Source of the DNA: Corallochytrium limacisporum Hawaii
Lineage: Eukaryota; Protista; Pluriformea
Assembly: GCA_002811645.1 (NCBI GenBank)
Contig: PDIP01000008.1
Span: 175,256-239,255 of the forward strand
Reading direction: 5' to 3'
Length of the DNA stretch: 64,000 nucleotides
The first letter of the stretch is position 1; every line of letters begins with the position of its first letter. The position numbers and the translations under genes are program-made. Shown in pieces: positions 22,748 through 34,362 of this stretch. The notes under the pieces were generated by a model. That model was given only the letters and a program-made list of their open reading frames with translations. It was not told the DNA's origin and did no database searches.

Positions 22748-22981
22748 ATGGGCCTCTTCGACACTAAGATTAAGGATCTGCCTCGCTACTTTACCCGCCA
22801 AGTGGTCGGTGGCGGCGTCGTCACCGACGTGTCACGCTCCTTCATGGGTTACGCTCAGACTTACCTCCGGGCGGGCAAGGTCAACCCTGTGTTCCACGTT
22901 ATCATTGGTCTTGGCATTATGGGATATGCTCTGGAATATCCTCACATCTACGAATCTGAGCGCCAGGCCAAGCACCACTAA
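22748..22981 (+). CDS. ATP5MF: Mitochondrial ATP synthase subunit f (ATP17/ATP5MF family)
   Basis: 77 aa with accATGg context. KIKDLPxY, YxxxYL, a PVFHVIIGLGIMGYALEY transmembrane segment and a KHH C-terminus match the subunit f pattern. Confidence 0.75.
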   Translation: MGLFDTKIKDLPRYFTRQVVGGGVVTDVSRSFMGYAQTYLRAGKVNPVFHVIIGLGIMGYALEYPHIYESERQAKHH

Positions 22982-23149
22982 GTCCACTTGTGATTTATGC
23001 GGGACAATAGTACGTTCATGAAAAAGCACATTCACGTGGGATCATTCTCCTAGTAATAGTTAATAAACAAATTCATCACATCGTATAAATATGAGCATGG
23101 GTTACCATTGGCAGCGATTTGAGGCACAATGAGAACATACTACATGGAT

Positions 23150-24934
23150 TTAATGAATACGAACCTTATCAAAGTCAAATGCCAGGGTATTTGAGGCATT
23201 AATTTGCTTGATCAACTTGTTCTTGTAGGCATTGAAGTCGCCCTCAAACTCGACCACCTCCTTATCCTGACCACAAATCCAGATCTTCTCACAGACCTGG
23301 TCGATGAAGTAGCTATCGTGAGACACAGCCACGACGCCACCCTTAAACTCGTTCAGAGCCTTGATAAGGGCGTCAATTGAGTCCATGTCCAAATGGTTAG
23401 TAGGCTCGTCCAACAGAAGAATGTGCGGTGCCTTCCAGCAGATGTAGGCAAACCAGAGTCTAGCCTTTTGTCCACCACTAAGAGTCTGAGTCGGACGCAT
23501 GGCAAGTTCACCGGAAAGACCAAAGGCACCCAAATGGGCACGCACACGCTCGACTCGGGGACGACCCTTATCATCCTTCTCGATGTCAGGAAACTTGTCC
23601 AGCATGTACTGCACTGCAGTGACCTCCAAGTTCAACTCCTCGATGACGTGCTGAGAATACACAGCAGTCCGCAGGAATTTGTTGCGTTCTACATCACCCT
23701 CAACGGCCTCTAGTTCACCACTAAACAGCTTCAACAGAGTGGTCTTGCCACAGCCATTGGGTCCAACCAGGGCGATGCGATCCTTTAGATCGATACCGAA
23801 GCTCAGGTCTTCGTACAGAATGTGTTCCTTGTCGTAACCAAACTTGGCGTCGTGGAATCGCAAGATGGGGTGCTGCAGCTCACCCGGATCGGGAAAGACG
23901 AAGCGAACGTCCTTTTCCTCGGTGAGAGCCTCAACCATCTCCATCTTCTCCAATTTCTTCTTGCGGTCGCTAGCCATACCTGCAGTTGATGCGTTTCCGC
24001 GGGTCCGCTCAATGGTCTCCTTGAACTCCTTGATTTGCTTCTGCTGCTTGTCGTAGATCTTTTGTTGTTCGCGACGACGCTCCTCACGGATCTTGACAAA
24101 CGCATTGAAGTTACCAGGGTAGTCGTTCAGCTTCTGGTTCTCAATGTGCAGGATGTGGTTGCACACACTGTTAAGGATCTCCTTGTTGTGACTAATTAAG
24201 ACGAGGGTCTTAGGATACCGAGTCAGGTAGTCCTCCAGCCAAATTGAGGCGTGCAGATCCAAATGATTGGTTGGCTCATCAAGCAACAGCAGCTGAGGCT
24301 CACGCAGTAGGGCACGAGCCAGACTGATGCGCATCCGCCACCCACCACTGTAGGTGTCTACTAAGCGCTTCTGCATCTCCGGAGTGAATTGAAGCCCCGA
24401 CAGAATGGCCGCTGCACGAGCCTCAGTCCGGTCGGCCTGGATCTCTTCCAAACGTTCATAAACCATCTGCAAGCGCTCAGCATCCTCTTCCGTGATTTCT
24501 TCTTTCTCTGTCAGACGCTTCTCTTCCCTCAGCAGACCCTCACGCTCCCAATCGGCCTCGATAACGGCCTGGAGAGTGTCCTTTCCAAGAATTTCGGACA
24601 CATCCTGTTCAACATACTGCATATCCAATTCCCTGGGAATGCCTGGAATCTGACGCTCCGCAATAGCCTTAACCAAAGAAGACTTACCACTGCCGTTCTT
24701 ACCAATGATACCATAGCGCTTACCCCAGGCAAAGACTACAGTGGCATCATTGATGAGCTTGTTGCCGCCGTGTGCAATGCTCACTTTCTGAAGACTGAGA
24801 TCGAGTTGAGGGTCCTGCCATCCAAGACGGATCTGGAAGGTACCATCACCTTCCTCCTCAAGCTTTAACTGTCGGATCTCTTCCTCTTTCTGCTTCTTGA
24901 CCGCAGCCTTTTTCGCACGATCGCGTTTACCCAT
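23150..24934 (-). CDS. ABC-F family soluble twin-ATPase (translation-associated)
   Basis: Two NBDs: GKNGSGKS / SGGWRMR / LLLLDEPTNHLD and GPNGCGKT / LSGGQKAR / LLLDEPTNHLD. No transmembrane helices. Confidence 0.95.
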   Translation of the reverse strand: MGKRDRAKKAAVKKQKEEEIRQLKLEEEGDGTFQIRLGWQDPQLDLSLQKVSIAHGGNKLINDATVVFAWGKRYGIIGKNGSGKSSLVKAIAERQIPGIPRELDMQYVEQDVSEILGKDTLQAVIEADWEREGLLREEKRLTEKEEITEEDAERLQMVYERLEEIQADRTEARAAAILSGLQFTPEMQKRLVDTYSGGWRMRISLARALLREPQLLLLDEPTNHLDLHASIWLEDYLTRYPKTLVLISHNKEILNSVCNHILHIENQKLNDYPGNFNAFVKIREERRREQQKIYDKQQKQIKEFKETIERTRGNASTAGMASDRKKKLEKMEMVEALTEEKDVRFVFPDPGELQHPILRFHDAKFGYDKEHILYEDLSFGIDLKDRIALVGPNGCGKTTLLKLFSGELEAVEGDVERNKFLRTAVYSQHVIEELNLEVTAVQYMLDKFPDIEKDDKGRPRVERVRAHLGAFGLSGELAMRPTQTLSGGQKARLWFAYICWKAPHILLLDEPTNHLDMDSIDALIKALNEFKGGVVAVSHDSYFIDQVCEKIWICGQDKEVVEFEGDFNAYKNKLIKQINASNTLAFDFDKVRIH

Positions 24935-25899
24935 GGTGATAGTCTGCTTTCACGTTCCTTGTTCTCCAACAGGAAATATACAAACCTATTCACGCTTAGA
25001 TGGCCAGTTACACTGCATGCATATTGCTATCCTCAAATACTAGTCAGTCTACGTCCTAGACCGGCTGCAATGTGCTTATCGATATTTGAAAGGCGAGCGC
25101 ACCTCCGTGTTTACTGTCTTGGCTCTCACAATTCTTTTCGTGGGGAGGTCTCAACAAACATATTTTTTTCTTCGTCCTCCCCCCCTCCCCCTTCCCTCCA
25201 TCCACGCAGGTACGGCGGCAACCACGAGAAAGGCAGCGCAGAATTTTGCTTCGTTTTAGCCCTCTACGTGTTTGTCCGATCCTGGCTGTAGACATTCACC
25301 GGGGTTCGCTCCAACACCCCTGCCCCCCCGGGGGGGGGGGGGGGGGGNNNNNNNNNNNNNNNNNNNNNNNNNNNNNNNNNNNNNNNNNNNNNNNNNNNNN
25401 NNNNNNNNNNNNNNNNNNNNNNNNNNNNNNNNNNNNNNNNNNNNNNNNNNNNNNNNNNNNNNNNNNNNNNNNNNNNNNNNNNNNGGGGGCGTTGTTCCTC
25501 TGCTTCCATTCCTCGGCGCCCTGTGTTCGTGAGGCTCTCCCTGTTTTTCTCCCGGTGTGGTCCTTGTTTCCTCCCCCTCCTGCCCACCTCTTCCGTCCCG
25601 CACTCTTTAGAAATGTCACGCGGGTCGGTCGAGATTTGTGGGGACGGTCACTGAGGGTTCGACTCCTCACTTTAGTGTCATGCAGTCGTACGCTTTGCAA
25701 TGAAAATGATGTGTACTGTGATGGGCTATGACGATCCCTGATGAGCAAAGCAAACTGACGATGATGTACATGGCAAATATGGATACTATGTGTTTCATAT
25801 TATTTTGAAACTATGGATTTCGAAACAAGGAAATTGGAAATGATGAATGATGATGTTTGTGATCTGTTTGCTTTGGATATAATTCAGCCCAGAGCCGAA

Positions 25900-28014
25900 T
25901 TACTGGATACCGTACTTCTTGTAGCGCAAGATCAGGTAGCCAATTACATGGAGTACAAAAATTTCGGCCAGAATGACGACAACGCAGACGGTGCGGCTGA
26001 GGTAGTCGGGCACACCAAGGGAAACCAGGACATCGTTACCATCGCAGACGCCGCCAGGACAACTGGGGCTTGCGTAGTTGTACCGAGTAGAGTCCTGGAA
26101 TTCGTTGATGAGCAGACCATTGAAGGCGTAGGTGAAGGGCGAGATGTAGAAGAGCCAGATCCAGTAGTCGGGAATCTCATCAAACTGAATGAAGAAACCA
26201 GCACCCATAACCAAGACAAGGGGAGCTACACTGGAAATGGCCTGAGCAGCCTCAAAGGTAGGCATGCTCCAGGCCCAGACCGAGCTGATGGCAGTACCAA
26301 AGTCACCCATTAGGATAATGAGGAGGGTGAAGTAGAAGAACTTGCCAGCATCAGGGTCGAACCCAACGCCCCAATAGATGAGCAGAGACCATAGGATGGC
26401 ACGGGCAAGCACGAACGGCCATTCGATGGACAGAAGAGACCAGTAGTATGCTGAAGCCTGGTACGTAACAGCATTGCGTTCACGGGTCACGAGAAGACGT
26501 TCGTTGAAAATGGGCTCAATCAGACCGTTGGAACCAATAGCAAAGAAGAGGACGGAAAGGAAAATCAGAGATTGTTTGTTGCGCACACCCTGCTCATCAG
26601 TGCCAGAATCGGCGTACACAGACAGCAAAACCAGGGCGATGAAGATCCACTGCCCGACACGCTTCAAGACGAAGGTCTTGTCACGGGAAGCACCCCGGTA
26701 GGCCCGACGGGTCAACCAGTTGTAATTCCACCACATCGGGTTCATTTCAGCAGAAGCATGCGGATGAGCTGTTTGGGAGGCTAGACGGGCAGCTTGTAGG
26801 TTCTTTGTGCTCTGGAGACGCTTCTTAGCCATATCCGACTTCACGTACTCATCCGCAAAGTAGCCCGCTCCATGACGGGGTCCCTTGACCATCATATTTT
26901 TGGTCAGATGCTGGCCAGTAATGCTCACAATGAATTCGGCGGGATTGCTGCCTTCCTCGAATACATAGCCATACTCAGAGAAGTGCGGTACCACGTCCTT
27001 GGTCGATCCCTGGTACACCAAACGACCATCTACCAAAAGAATGAGCTTGTCAAACAGAGCAAAGACCTCAGTGCTGGGTTGATGGATTGTGCAAATAACA
27101 GTGGTACCCCGACTGCAAATTCCTTTGACAACCTCAATCACATCCTCTGCTGTCGCACTGTCCAGACCGGAAGTGGGCTCGTCCAGGTATAGCAGCACTG
27201 GCTCAGTGATGAGCTCAATCGCAATGTTGACACGCTTCTGCTGACCACCAGAAATACCACGGGTGCGGTCGTCACCAATAATAGTGTCGGCACATTCAGT
27301 TAGACCGAGCTGGTCGATGACTTCCTGCACACGACGTTCCTTCTGTGACACTTGAAGAGTGCGGGGGAGACGCATGTGTGCCGTGTACATAAGCATCTCG
27401 CGCACAGTCAGAGTTCCCATGAGAATATCCCGCTGCTCGACGTAGGCGCTGAACATGCGAAGATCGTCGTCCATGGGCACACCGTTGAAGAGGACATTAC
27501 CTTGTACATTCTCAACATTTTTGCGACCGGCAAACACATCAAGAAGAGTACTCTTACCAGCGCCAGAGGGACCCATTAGGGCGCACAGCTCACCGGGCTG
27601 AATGTTACCAGTGATATCCTTAATAATAAACTTGCGAATGAGGTGCTGCTTGGGCCTCTTGCTAAGGACCTCGTCGAAAGGACTCACCTTGAAACCGTTG
27701 GCGTAGGTCACCGGACCGTCGGTACCAATGCCCGAGTCCTTTGCGAGCTTCACCTTCAAGTCCACGAAGTAGGACATTTGTTCAAAAGTAACGGTCACAG
27801 GGCGAGGCTTGGGGCGACCAATCAGGGAAACCGCACGCTCCTGGACGTCCGCCTTAACTTTTGAGCGCGGTTGAACAGGTTCGCGGTCATCTTCGTAACT
27901 GGGGGGACTCTTATCCGAACCCGAGCTGGAGGAGGGGCGGTCCTTTGCCTCGTCTGTGTTTCCGGCATCGTCGGCCACCGGATAAGCCTCGTCATTGTGT
28001 GGTTTCGGTACCAT
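25900..28014 (-). CDS. ABCG (White-family) half-transporter 1
   Basis: N-terminal NBD (GPSGAGKS, ISGGQ, LYLDEPTSGLD, CTIHQP) followed by a ~6-TM domain with RER and IPDYWIW...SPFTYAF. Confidence 0.95.
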   Translation of the reverse strand: MVPKPHNDEAYPVADDAGNTDEAKDRPSSSSGSDKSPPSYEDDREPVQPRSKVKADVQERAVSLIGRPKPRPVTVTFEQMSYFVDLKVKLAKDSGIGTDGPVTYANGFKVSPFDEVLSKRPKQHLIRKFIIKDITGNIQPGELCALMGPSGAGKSTLLDVFAGRKNVENVQGNVLFNGVPMDDDLRMFSAYVEQRDILMGTLTVREMLMYTAHMRLPRTLQVSQKERRVQEVIDQLGLTECADTIIGDDRTRGISGGQQKRVNIAIELITEPVLLYLDEPTSGLDSATAEDVIEVVKGICSRGTTVICTIHQPSTEVFALFDKLILLVDGRLVYQGSTKDVVPHFSEYGYVFEEGSNPAEFIVSITGQHLTKNMMVKGPRHGAGYFADEYVKSDMAKKRLQSTKNLQAARLASQTAHPHASAEMNPMWWNYNWLTRRAYRGASRDKTFVLKRVGQWIFIALVLLSVYADSGTDEQGVRNKQSLIFLSVLFFAIGSNGLIEPIFNERLLVTRERNAVTYQASAYYWSLLSIEWPFVLARAILWSLLIYWGVGFDPDAGKFFYFTLLIILMGDFGTAISSVWAWSMPTFEAAQAISSVAPLVLVMGAGFFIQFDEIPDYWIWLFYISPFTYAFNGLLINEFQDSTRYNYASPSCPGGVCDGNDVLVSLGVPDYLSRTVCVVVILAEIFVLHVIGYLILRYKKYGIQ

Positions 28015-31000
28015 TGTGACTTATTTCTGTTAAAACGTGTGTGTTGGTACGCGAAATAGAGCGACCAGATTTGTATACCTTCGATTTAGATAACTCCGTG
28101 TCTGGTATTCTACTGTAGCCCATTGAATACCTGTTTATGCCCTGCAAGTACAGATCACGGGCCATACATATGAATTAATGTGGCGTTTCCTATATTATTG
28201 GCCCTTTTCCCTTCAGCCTTGTCCCAATCCGTGTTCAAATGACACAAGAAGACGTGCACGCTTGGAAATAAGGAAGAAGCCGGCACCCACCTTCGGTCGT
28301 CCCCTGGTCCAACTTCCCAGATGTTCCGTTCCCTTCCCCTCTCCCTCCGGAGAGCCTCTCCGTCGGCCCGAGGTTCTCTCCACCTCCTTCCGCCTCCCTT
28401 TTCAATTGGAAATGTACTACCAAATCACCAGAGAATTTTTGCTCTGTCTCTCGTTCTCTCTCTCCCCCCGCGCGCCCAGGGTGGGTGATTTCTTCTCATT
28501 CCTTTTTCTTATGTTGCCTGTTGCTTTCCCCATGGTAGAATACGCAGGAGTTCGATCCCCAGTTTCACTGTTACCAATTTTCTGTCGTCGTTCCCCTTCG
28601 GCGCTGGTTCTTCTCTAACTGATCGGCCTGGCCTTGGTCGCTTTGGTCAGGTCATGCCAGTCCTAGGGCTCCTCCCAGGATTTTCATATTTTGTGGTATT
28701 CGCCTTGTGCGGGTTCTCCGTTAATTCATCTCGCTCTCTCTCTCTCTCGCTCTCGCTTACTCTGTGACAGTTTCCTCATCTTCCCCAACCCATCCCTCCC
28801 CCTCCCCTCTGCTCTCTCTCTCTCTCTATCTCCCTCTCGCGCGGCTGACTTGTTCGGTATAGAAACGGAAGAAAAGAAGCGGGAAGAGGCGGGACACAAA
28901 GGGTTCCAAAATTTGCGACGACAAAATACAGGCAGGGCAATATTGCCACATAGCATTGCGCAAAATTTTGGGAACGAAAAATTAAAGAGGGGACGTGGGG
29001 GGAGGTGTGAGCCCCCCCGGGGGGGGATTGCCTCTCTTCCTCCGTGTGCGTGTGCGTGCGCGCGAGGTTCTTCAGCTCTTCAGAGTTCGTACGTGATTCA
29101 TCACTCTAAGCTACCCCTCTCACAACCCTCATGGGCGGTTTCGAATCCGGTCAGCTGAGCCGGGGCGGAGGTGACAACCGAACCTATCGCCATATAGTCA
29201 CTATGGAAAACCAGACCTTGCCAGACTGGAAAAACCGTCACCGCATAGAAAATTTTCTTTCCCCTTGCTGGTCACCATACAGGCTGTTGAAAAAGGGCGT
29301 GCTGCAAGAAGAAAAGTCAGAAACTGGCAGCGGACGGTGGGGACCGTCCAAATGATCCTTGCCGCCTTGAAAGGATGGCCAAAGTCCCTACAGGAACAAT
29401 ATACAACCATAGAGACATGAGTTGTAGGTCTGTCAACGACCCCTCCCTCCCCAACAATCCTTGGGTGAGCCGACCACACAAGGAAGGCAAGACCGGTCGG
29501 AGACGGCAGGGGCTCGGTTATTATCGTGCACAACACGAGGCAAGCAACTGCACCGTCAGAATTTTATTTTTCCTTTTGTTTGCGTAAAGTCGGTGCTTAC
29601 GTTATATACCAAGAAGATGATTCGAAGTGCAAAAAAAAAAGGAAGAGAGAGAATAAGGAAACTGAATAAGGTAGCGCAGGCGGGTGGCGAGGGGGCGCAA
29701 CCAGAAGATCCAAAATAAGTCCGAGCAACGGGAGATCGGGTGGCGGGCGGAGAACGGGGGAGAAAGAGAAAGAGAGCAAGAGAGTGAAAAGGGGGGGAGC
29801 TGAGAGAATGGAGTGTGGAAGGGTCAAGGAAACAACCGAGCACTGCTACACGACTGGGGCAGAGTGGCAAAAAAAATAGCGAAAGGGGGGAATGACGAAG
29901 AGGTGAGTCAGTGGCAGTTTGCCCGGCACAGATAAATTGAGGTGTGTACGAGCGGTGTGGTCCTTGATAAGTACCTGACCCGCTCAGCCCCACCGCTTTT
30001 CTATTTTGTATATACTGCAGATACCGACCGGAACATCAGCTGATGGGTTTCCGTGCTGTTGCCCATGAAGAAAATATTTATCGGTTACTCCTTTCATTTG
30101 TTTTGCCTATCGTGGTAGAGGAAAAGGAGGGAGTGGACGTTAGAAACGGGAGACCGGTAAGATAGAGCCCAAGACCTACAAGTTCGAATCAACGTGTTGC
30201 ATTTTTGTGTGTGCCTTTGGAAATTCCTATGAAAGAATTCGTCCACTGCTTGATACTAGTATATCATTATCGATCAAATCCGCATGATGTATGGTCGACC
30301 ACGCAGGCTCTCGCCGAGAGTTGTGCTGCTCCATGGGCTGTCGCAGCGGGATGGTTTGGCAAGTATTGTCTCGGTCAGCCGACACCTGGTCTAATGTGTC
30401 TAACCGACGGCTAGTTTTTTCCCTTGCGCTGTAACTACTACCATGTCTCTATGATTCTCTCATGATCGACGCGCGGCGTCCGGAAAAGACCCGTTTGGAG
30501 AGATTGGGAGAGAGTTCCATTGGACCGGTCACCGTTGAGTGTGTGTGGCCCATTGGGCACAACAGTGGTTCAATCGCACCGGACAGAGTTAGTCGAACTA
30601 CTTTCGCATGTCCATTACTATTCAGCGTACCGCCGCGCTCCCATTTGACCGATTTAGTTTATATAACGTGAGTTGCGGCTTTCATCGCGCGGGTAAGACG
30701 TCGAGCCATCCCGCTGGCAGACAAAGGAAACCGTCCTACGCTATGTATGAAAGATCGAGGTAGCAATTTCCCTCACCTTCAACCAGCATCGGTCCATCTA
30801 TCAACTCACTCCCTTCCCCTCGCCCCGCTGCCCCGGAGGGGGAATGGGGGGTTAACGGTACGGCACTGCGCTGCGGACCAAAGTCCGACAACACACCTGC
30901 CCCTCAGTAGATACTCTATTATCATTCGGGTCAGCTGACCGGCTCATTGGGTGAGTGTGAAAAAAAACACTGCACACCTCATTTTCTCTATCATTCCCGC

Positions 31001-33556
31001 ATTCTGTGCACGCGGTGAACGATAAGCGTACCAGGGAGAAAAAATTGGGATCAGGTACATAGTATGTTCACCATGTGGTATTGAATTGGAGTACTTTCTC
31101 AAGTACCAATAGAGTGAGTGTTGTCCGCCAGCGATAGACATCTCCCGTCGCTGCGAGGTTTCATTGCCTGATACTCTTCTCATTTCTCACAAAGACAGAC
31201 GGTTGCAGGGAATCCACTGCTGATGATCACACATACATGCGGCCATGAGTACTTAACAAGTGAAGAAAAAATCAGTTCCGCTCAAGAAACTAACAGTGCA
31301 ATGTGTGCCGACGTCTCATCACAAGGAGGGCACGCGCGGGTAGAGGTGACAATTTCTCAATGAGCGCTTCTTGTTGAACGGAAGACCGGAGCATGTTAGA
31401 ACTATCCATATAAACTGTACTATCTATTGCGTCGAACTAAAATGATGATGTCCGTAACAAGGTAGGAATTTTCCGCAGATCTGCCTTTGTTCGATTGCTG
31501 GGCTGGAATGTACGCGGCGATTGTTTCACCACGGGAAAGCCGTACTAAATATATGGATAACTTGATGCGGACTGTTCACTGTACAATCTCATTCCTTCAT
31601 CTCCATTTATTCTGTGTCTTGAGGCCACAAGATCCGCCACCGCTTCATTCTTTCTCAACCTCTCTTAGTGCAATGTTTGTCCAGTGCTTAGGTACCGCTA
31701 TTCCGTAAATGAGCCCCCACCATCAATCAGACACTTCTGCGACCCATTTTTGGTAAGAATTCCATTCCTTGGCCCCAGGCGATCCCTAGCAGGACGGGCT
31801 GAAAGTGCCTTAAAGCGATCTGGAAATTAAGTACATTCACTATGCCCATCGCGACCGACGTCAGGTGATCATCCGTTTACTGGCACCCATCCGCCCACAC
31901 GCCCTTGTGGACTTATCCCGCAAACGTCTCTCACTGGCTTTCAATATTTAATGTTCCCGTGGTTTTGAGCGGCGTGCCAACATGGGCACAAGAATCGCAC
32001 GTCTATAACTTCCTCCTCACGTAATATCCTTCGGTGCCAGCAACCAAGTTTGTATTTAAACCAGAGTAGATTAAGTACTTCGAATGGGACTCTATTGGCC
32101 CACGTTTCCTTTGATCCATTGGCAACGACCGTCCGTCTCTGCTTGCGCTCAGTATCTTTGCAGAATTCGTCCCTGTTGCCGTGCAGTGTATGATTGCAGC
32201 GTTGCGTACTGTTGGCACTATATTCCGCATAGAGTGTTTATAGTATTCCATGTCTACCGCGGGCGGCAGTAATGAATCAGCAGACAACTTTTTCCGGACA
32301 ACTGCAAAGCGAAACAAGACAAGCATCCAGATCCCAAGTCTTGTAATTTTCCTTTCGAGATGGCCGTCGGCAAGTTTGCAAACGCGTCCAAATTCTGTTG
32401 TCATATGGCTTACGTGAGAGCTGCCAGTAAGTGAAAGATTTTCGTCACGGAGCCGGTTTCAAATCTTTCCAGCCGTTGTGAGGACGCACTCAGGTGGACC
32501 AGCAGAAACAAGTGACCATGTGCGGGAGTGGCACCTGTGGTTCGTGATGAGGCTGGTACCGCGACATGGTGTAGGGGGGTTCTCAGCTGTGCCCCCCCTG
32601 AGATATTTTGCATGTTTTGACGTGAAATAAACATGTGGAAGGTGCGTAGAGTAGCGGGAAATGCACTCGACCAAAGGCCGTCATTGGCTAACCCAGCAGC
32701 GCAGGCCAACCAAAGAATCAGGTGAGGGGGGTGGGGGGAAAAAGAGAGACCTTGCGCAGACAAGTGTCCCACCCCCGGAAGAAGCGGGGCATGAAACGGT
32801 AGATGAAAATGAATCGGTGGCAGGCGAGAAGAAAGTTTTTTTTTTCAAACAACCGCAACCTTGCTATTCTGGCTTTCGCACATATTTATTTCTCGAATGA
32901 CAAATCCAGAACCGAGGACACGTTAGGTCGCAGATTCTGTTACGTCGGTTGCGCCACAGTTGTGACTCTTCGGCATCATTCATTAAGTTTCCCTTCCCTA
33001 GAGCTCCACGTAGTCTTCATTCAGCTCTCAGCTGACTCAGTTCTCAGATTGTGGTCCATGCAGGACTTGACTTGTTTTTTTTCTTCAACGGTGTGAACGG
33101 CACGAAGGCCAATTAATGTTCTTCAGATACTGTGAAAGATGGTGAGCCTCACAGCGGAGGAACAATTACTATAGCCCGCCACAACCAACGGAATCGTCAG
33201 TTCGACCCCGACGCCGCAAAGTGGACCTAAAACATTCTGCTTCATTGTGCCCTGCCTGCCAGACTCATTGCAGAGCGGGTGCTTTGCCGAAAGAATGCGA
33301 AAAGTTCGCTGTGGAGCTCAATGTACAGCCGAAAGAATAAAACAAAATAAAAACGAATGGAAGGAAAACGTCAATCTGCGCAAATAAGTGTTTGCATCTC
33401 AGGATTCACCGACTTGGTGTTGTGTGGCACCTGAACCCCCGGTCGCGTGCGCTTTGACCTGTCCTCATCTTTAACAGTTTCCCTTGTATTCGGTACGCGC
33501 CGAAGATTGCAGGAAGAAACCGGAACCCCCGGAATTGAAAAGGGGGAACAGAAGGG

Positions 33557-33558
<2 letters not shown>

Positions 33559-33598
<40 letters not shown>
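33559..33598. repeat. (GA)~20 microsatellite in the polypurine tract upstream of ABCG-2
   Basis: Directly visible. Confidence 0.9.
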
Positions 33599-33602
<4 letters not shown>

Positions 33603-34362
33603 AGAGGGTAAGGACTTGGTGGGGAGAGCATTTGGCAACGCTTTCTTTTATCGGCTGACCCTACCCGTCCGGGCCATCATTCGATATCTGCTGAGGCGGG
33701 TGGTGAAGGGGGGAGAGGGGGGAGGGGGGAATGGGCTGCAAGCAAACGAGGGAAGACCGGGGGTGGAAGGGAGAAAGAGAAAGGGAACGGAACGGAACGG
33801 ACGGGAGGGGGAGAGGGGACGAGGACGAGGAGGAGGCAAAGACCGGGGACAAAATGGAACACACAGACAGACAAAGGGGATGAATCGCGCGAGGCAGGAA
33901 AGGAACGGGAGAGAAAGTGAGCGAGGAAACTGTGGTGTGGATTTACCTGAACGGTTGTGCGGGCCCGGAGAGAGAGGGGGCAGGTTGTTCACCCTCTCTT
34001 CTGACTCACTTGTTCCCTCTCGTGCTGGCAAAGTCTTAAGTCTCGGTGGTACCGCCGCGCACTGGACCAGCCGTTGAGTATTTTGTATGCGTGCAGGCCT
34101 CGCTGCCGTGTACACTGAGCACGTTTTCATTGTCAGTAATTTGTTCATAAAGGACTTATACTTTCCCTCTGAGGAGTTGACGAGGGATACGTATGGGTCA
34201 GGAGCATCTATGGTATGGTAAGGTATGTGAGGTACTGACGATGAAGATTAAGCAACGTAAAGAAACAGAACTTCAAGCTATGAACGAGGTACCGTATCCT
34301 ACGGACCCCATTTTCCCGCTAGTCGTTTATTTTATATAGACACAAAATACGAAACAGAAACC

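Noticed and set aside
25650-25672. tRNA T-loop-like GGTTCGACTCC (also GAGTTCGATCC near 28548)
   Set aside because: No compatible acceptor, D and anticodon stems can be folded around them.
31449-31466. CGTAACAAGGTAG resembling the SSU rRNA 3' end
   Set aside because: Only ~13 nt match, flanks are unlike rRNA, and there is no properly placed D box for a guide snoRNA.
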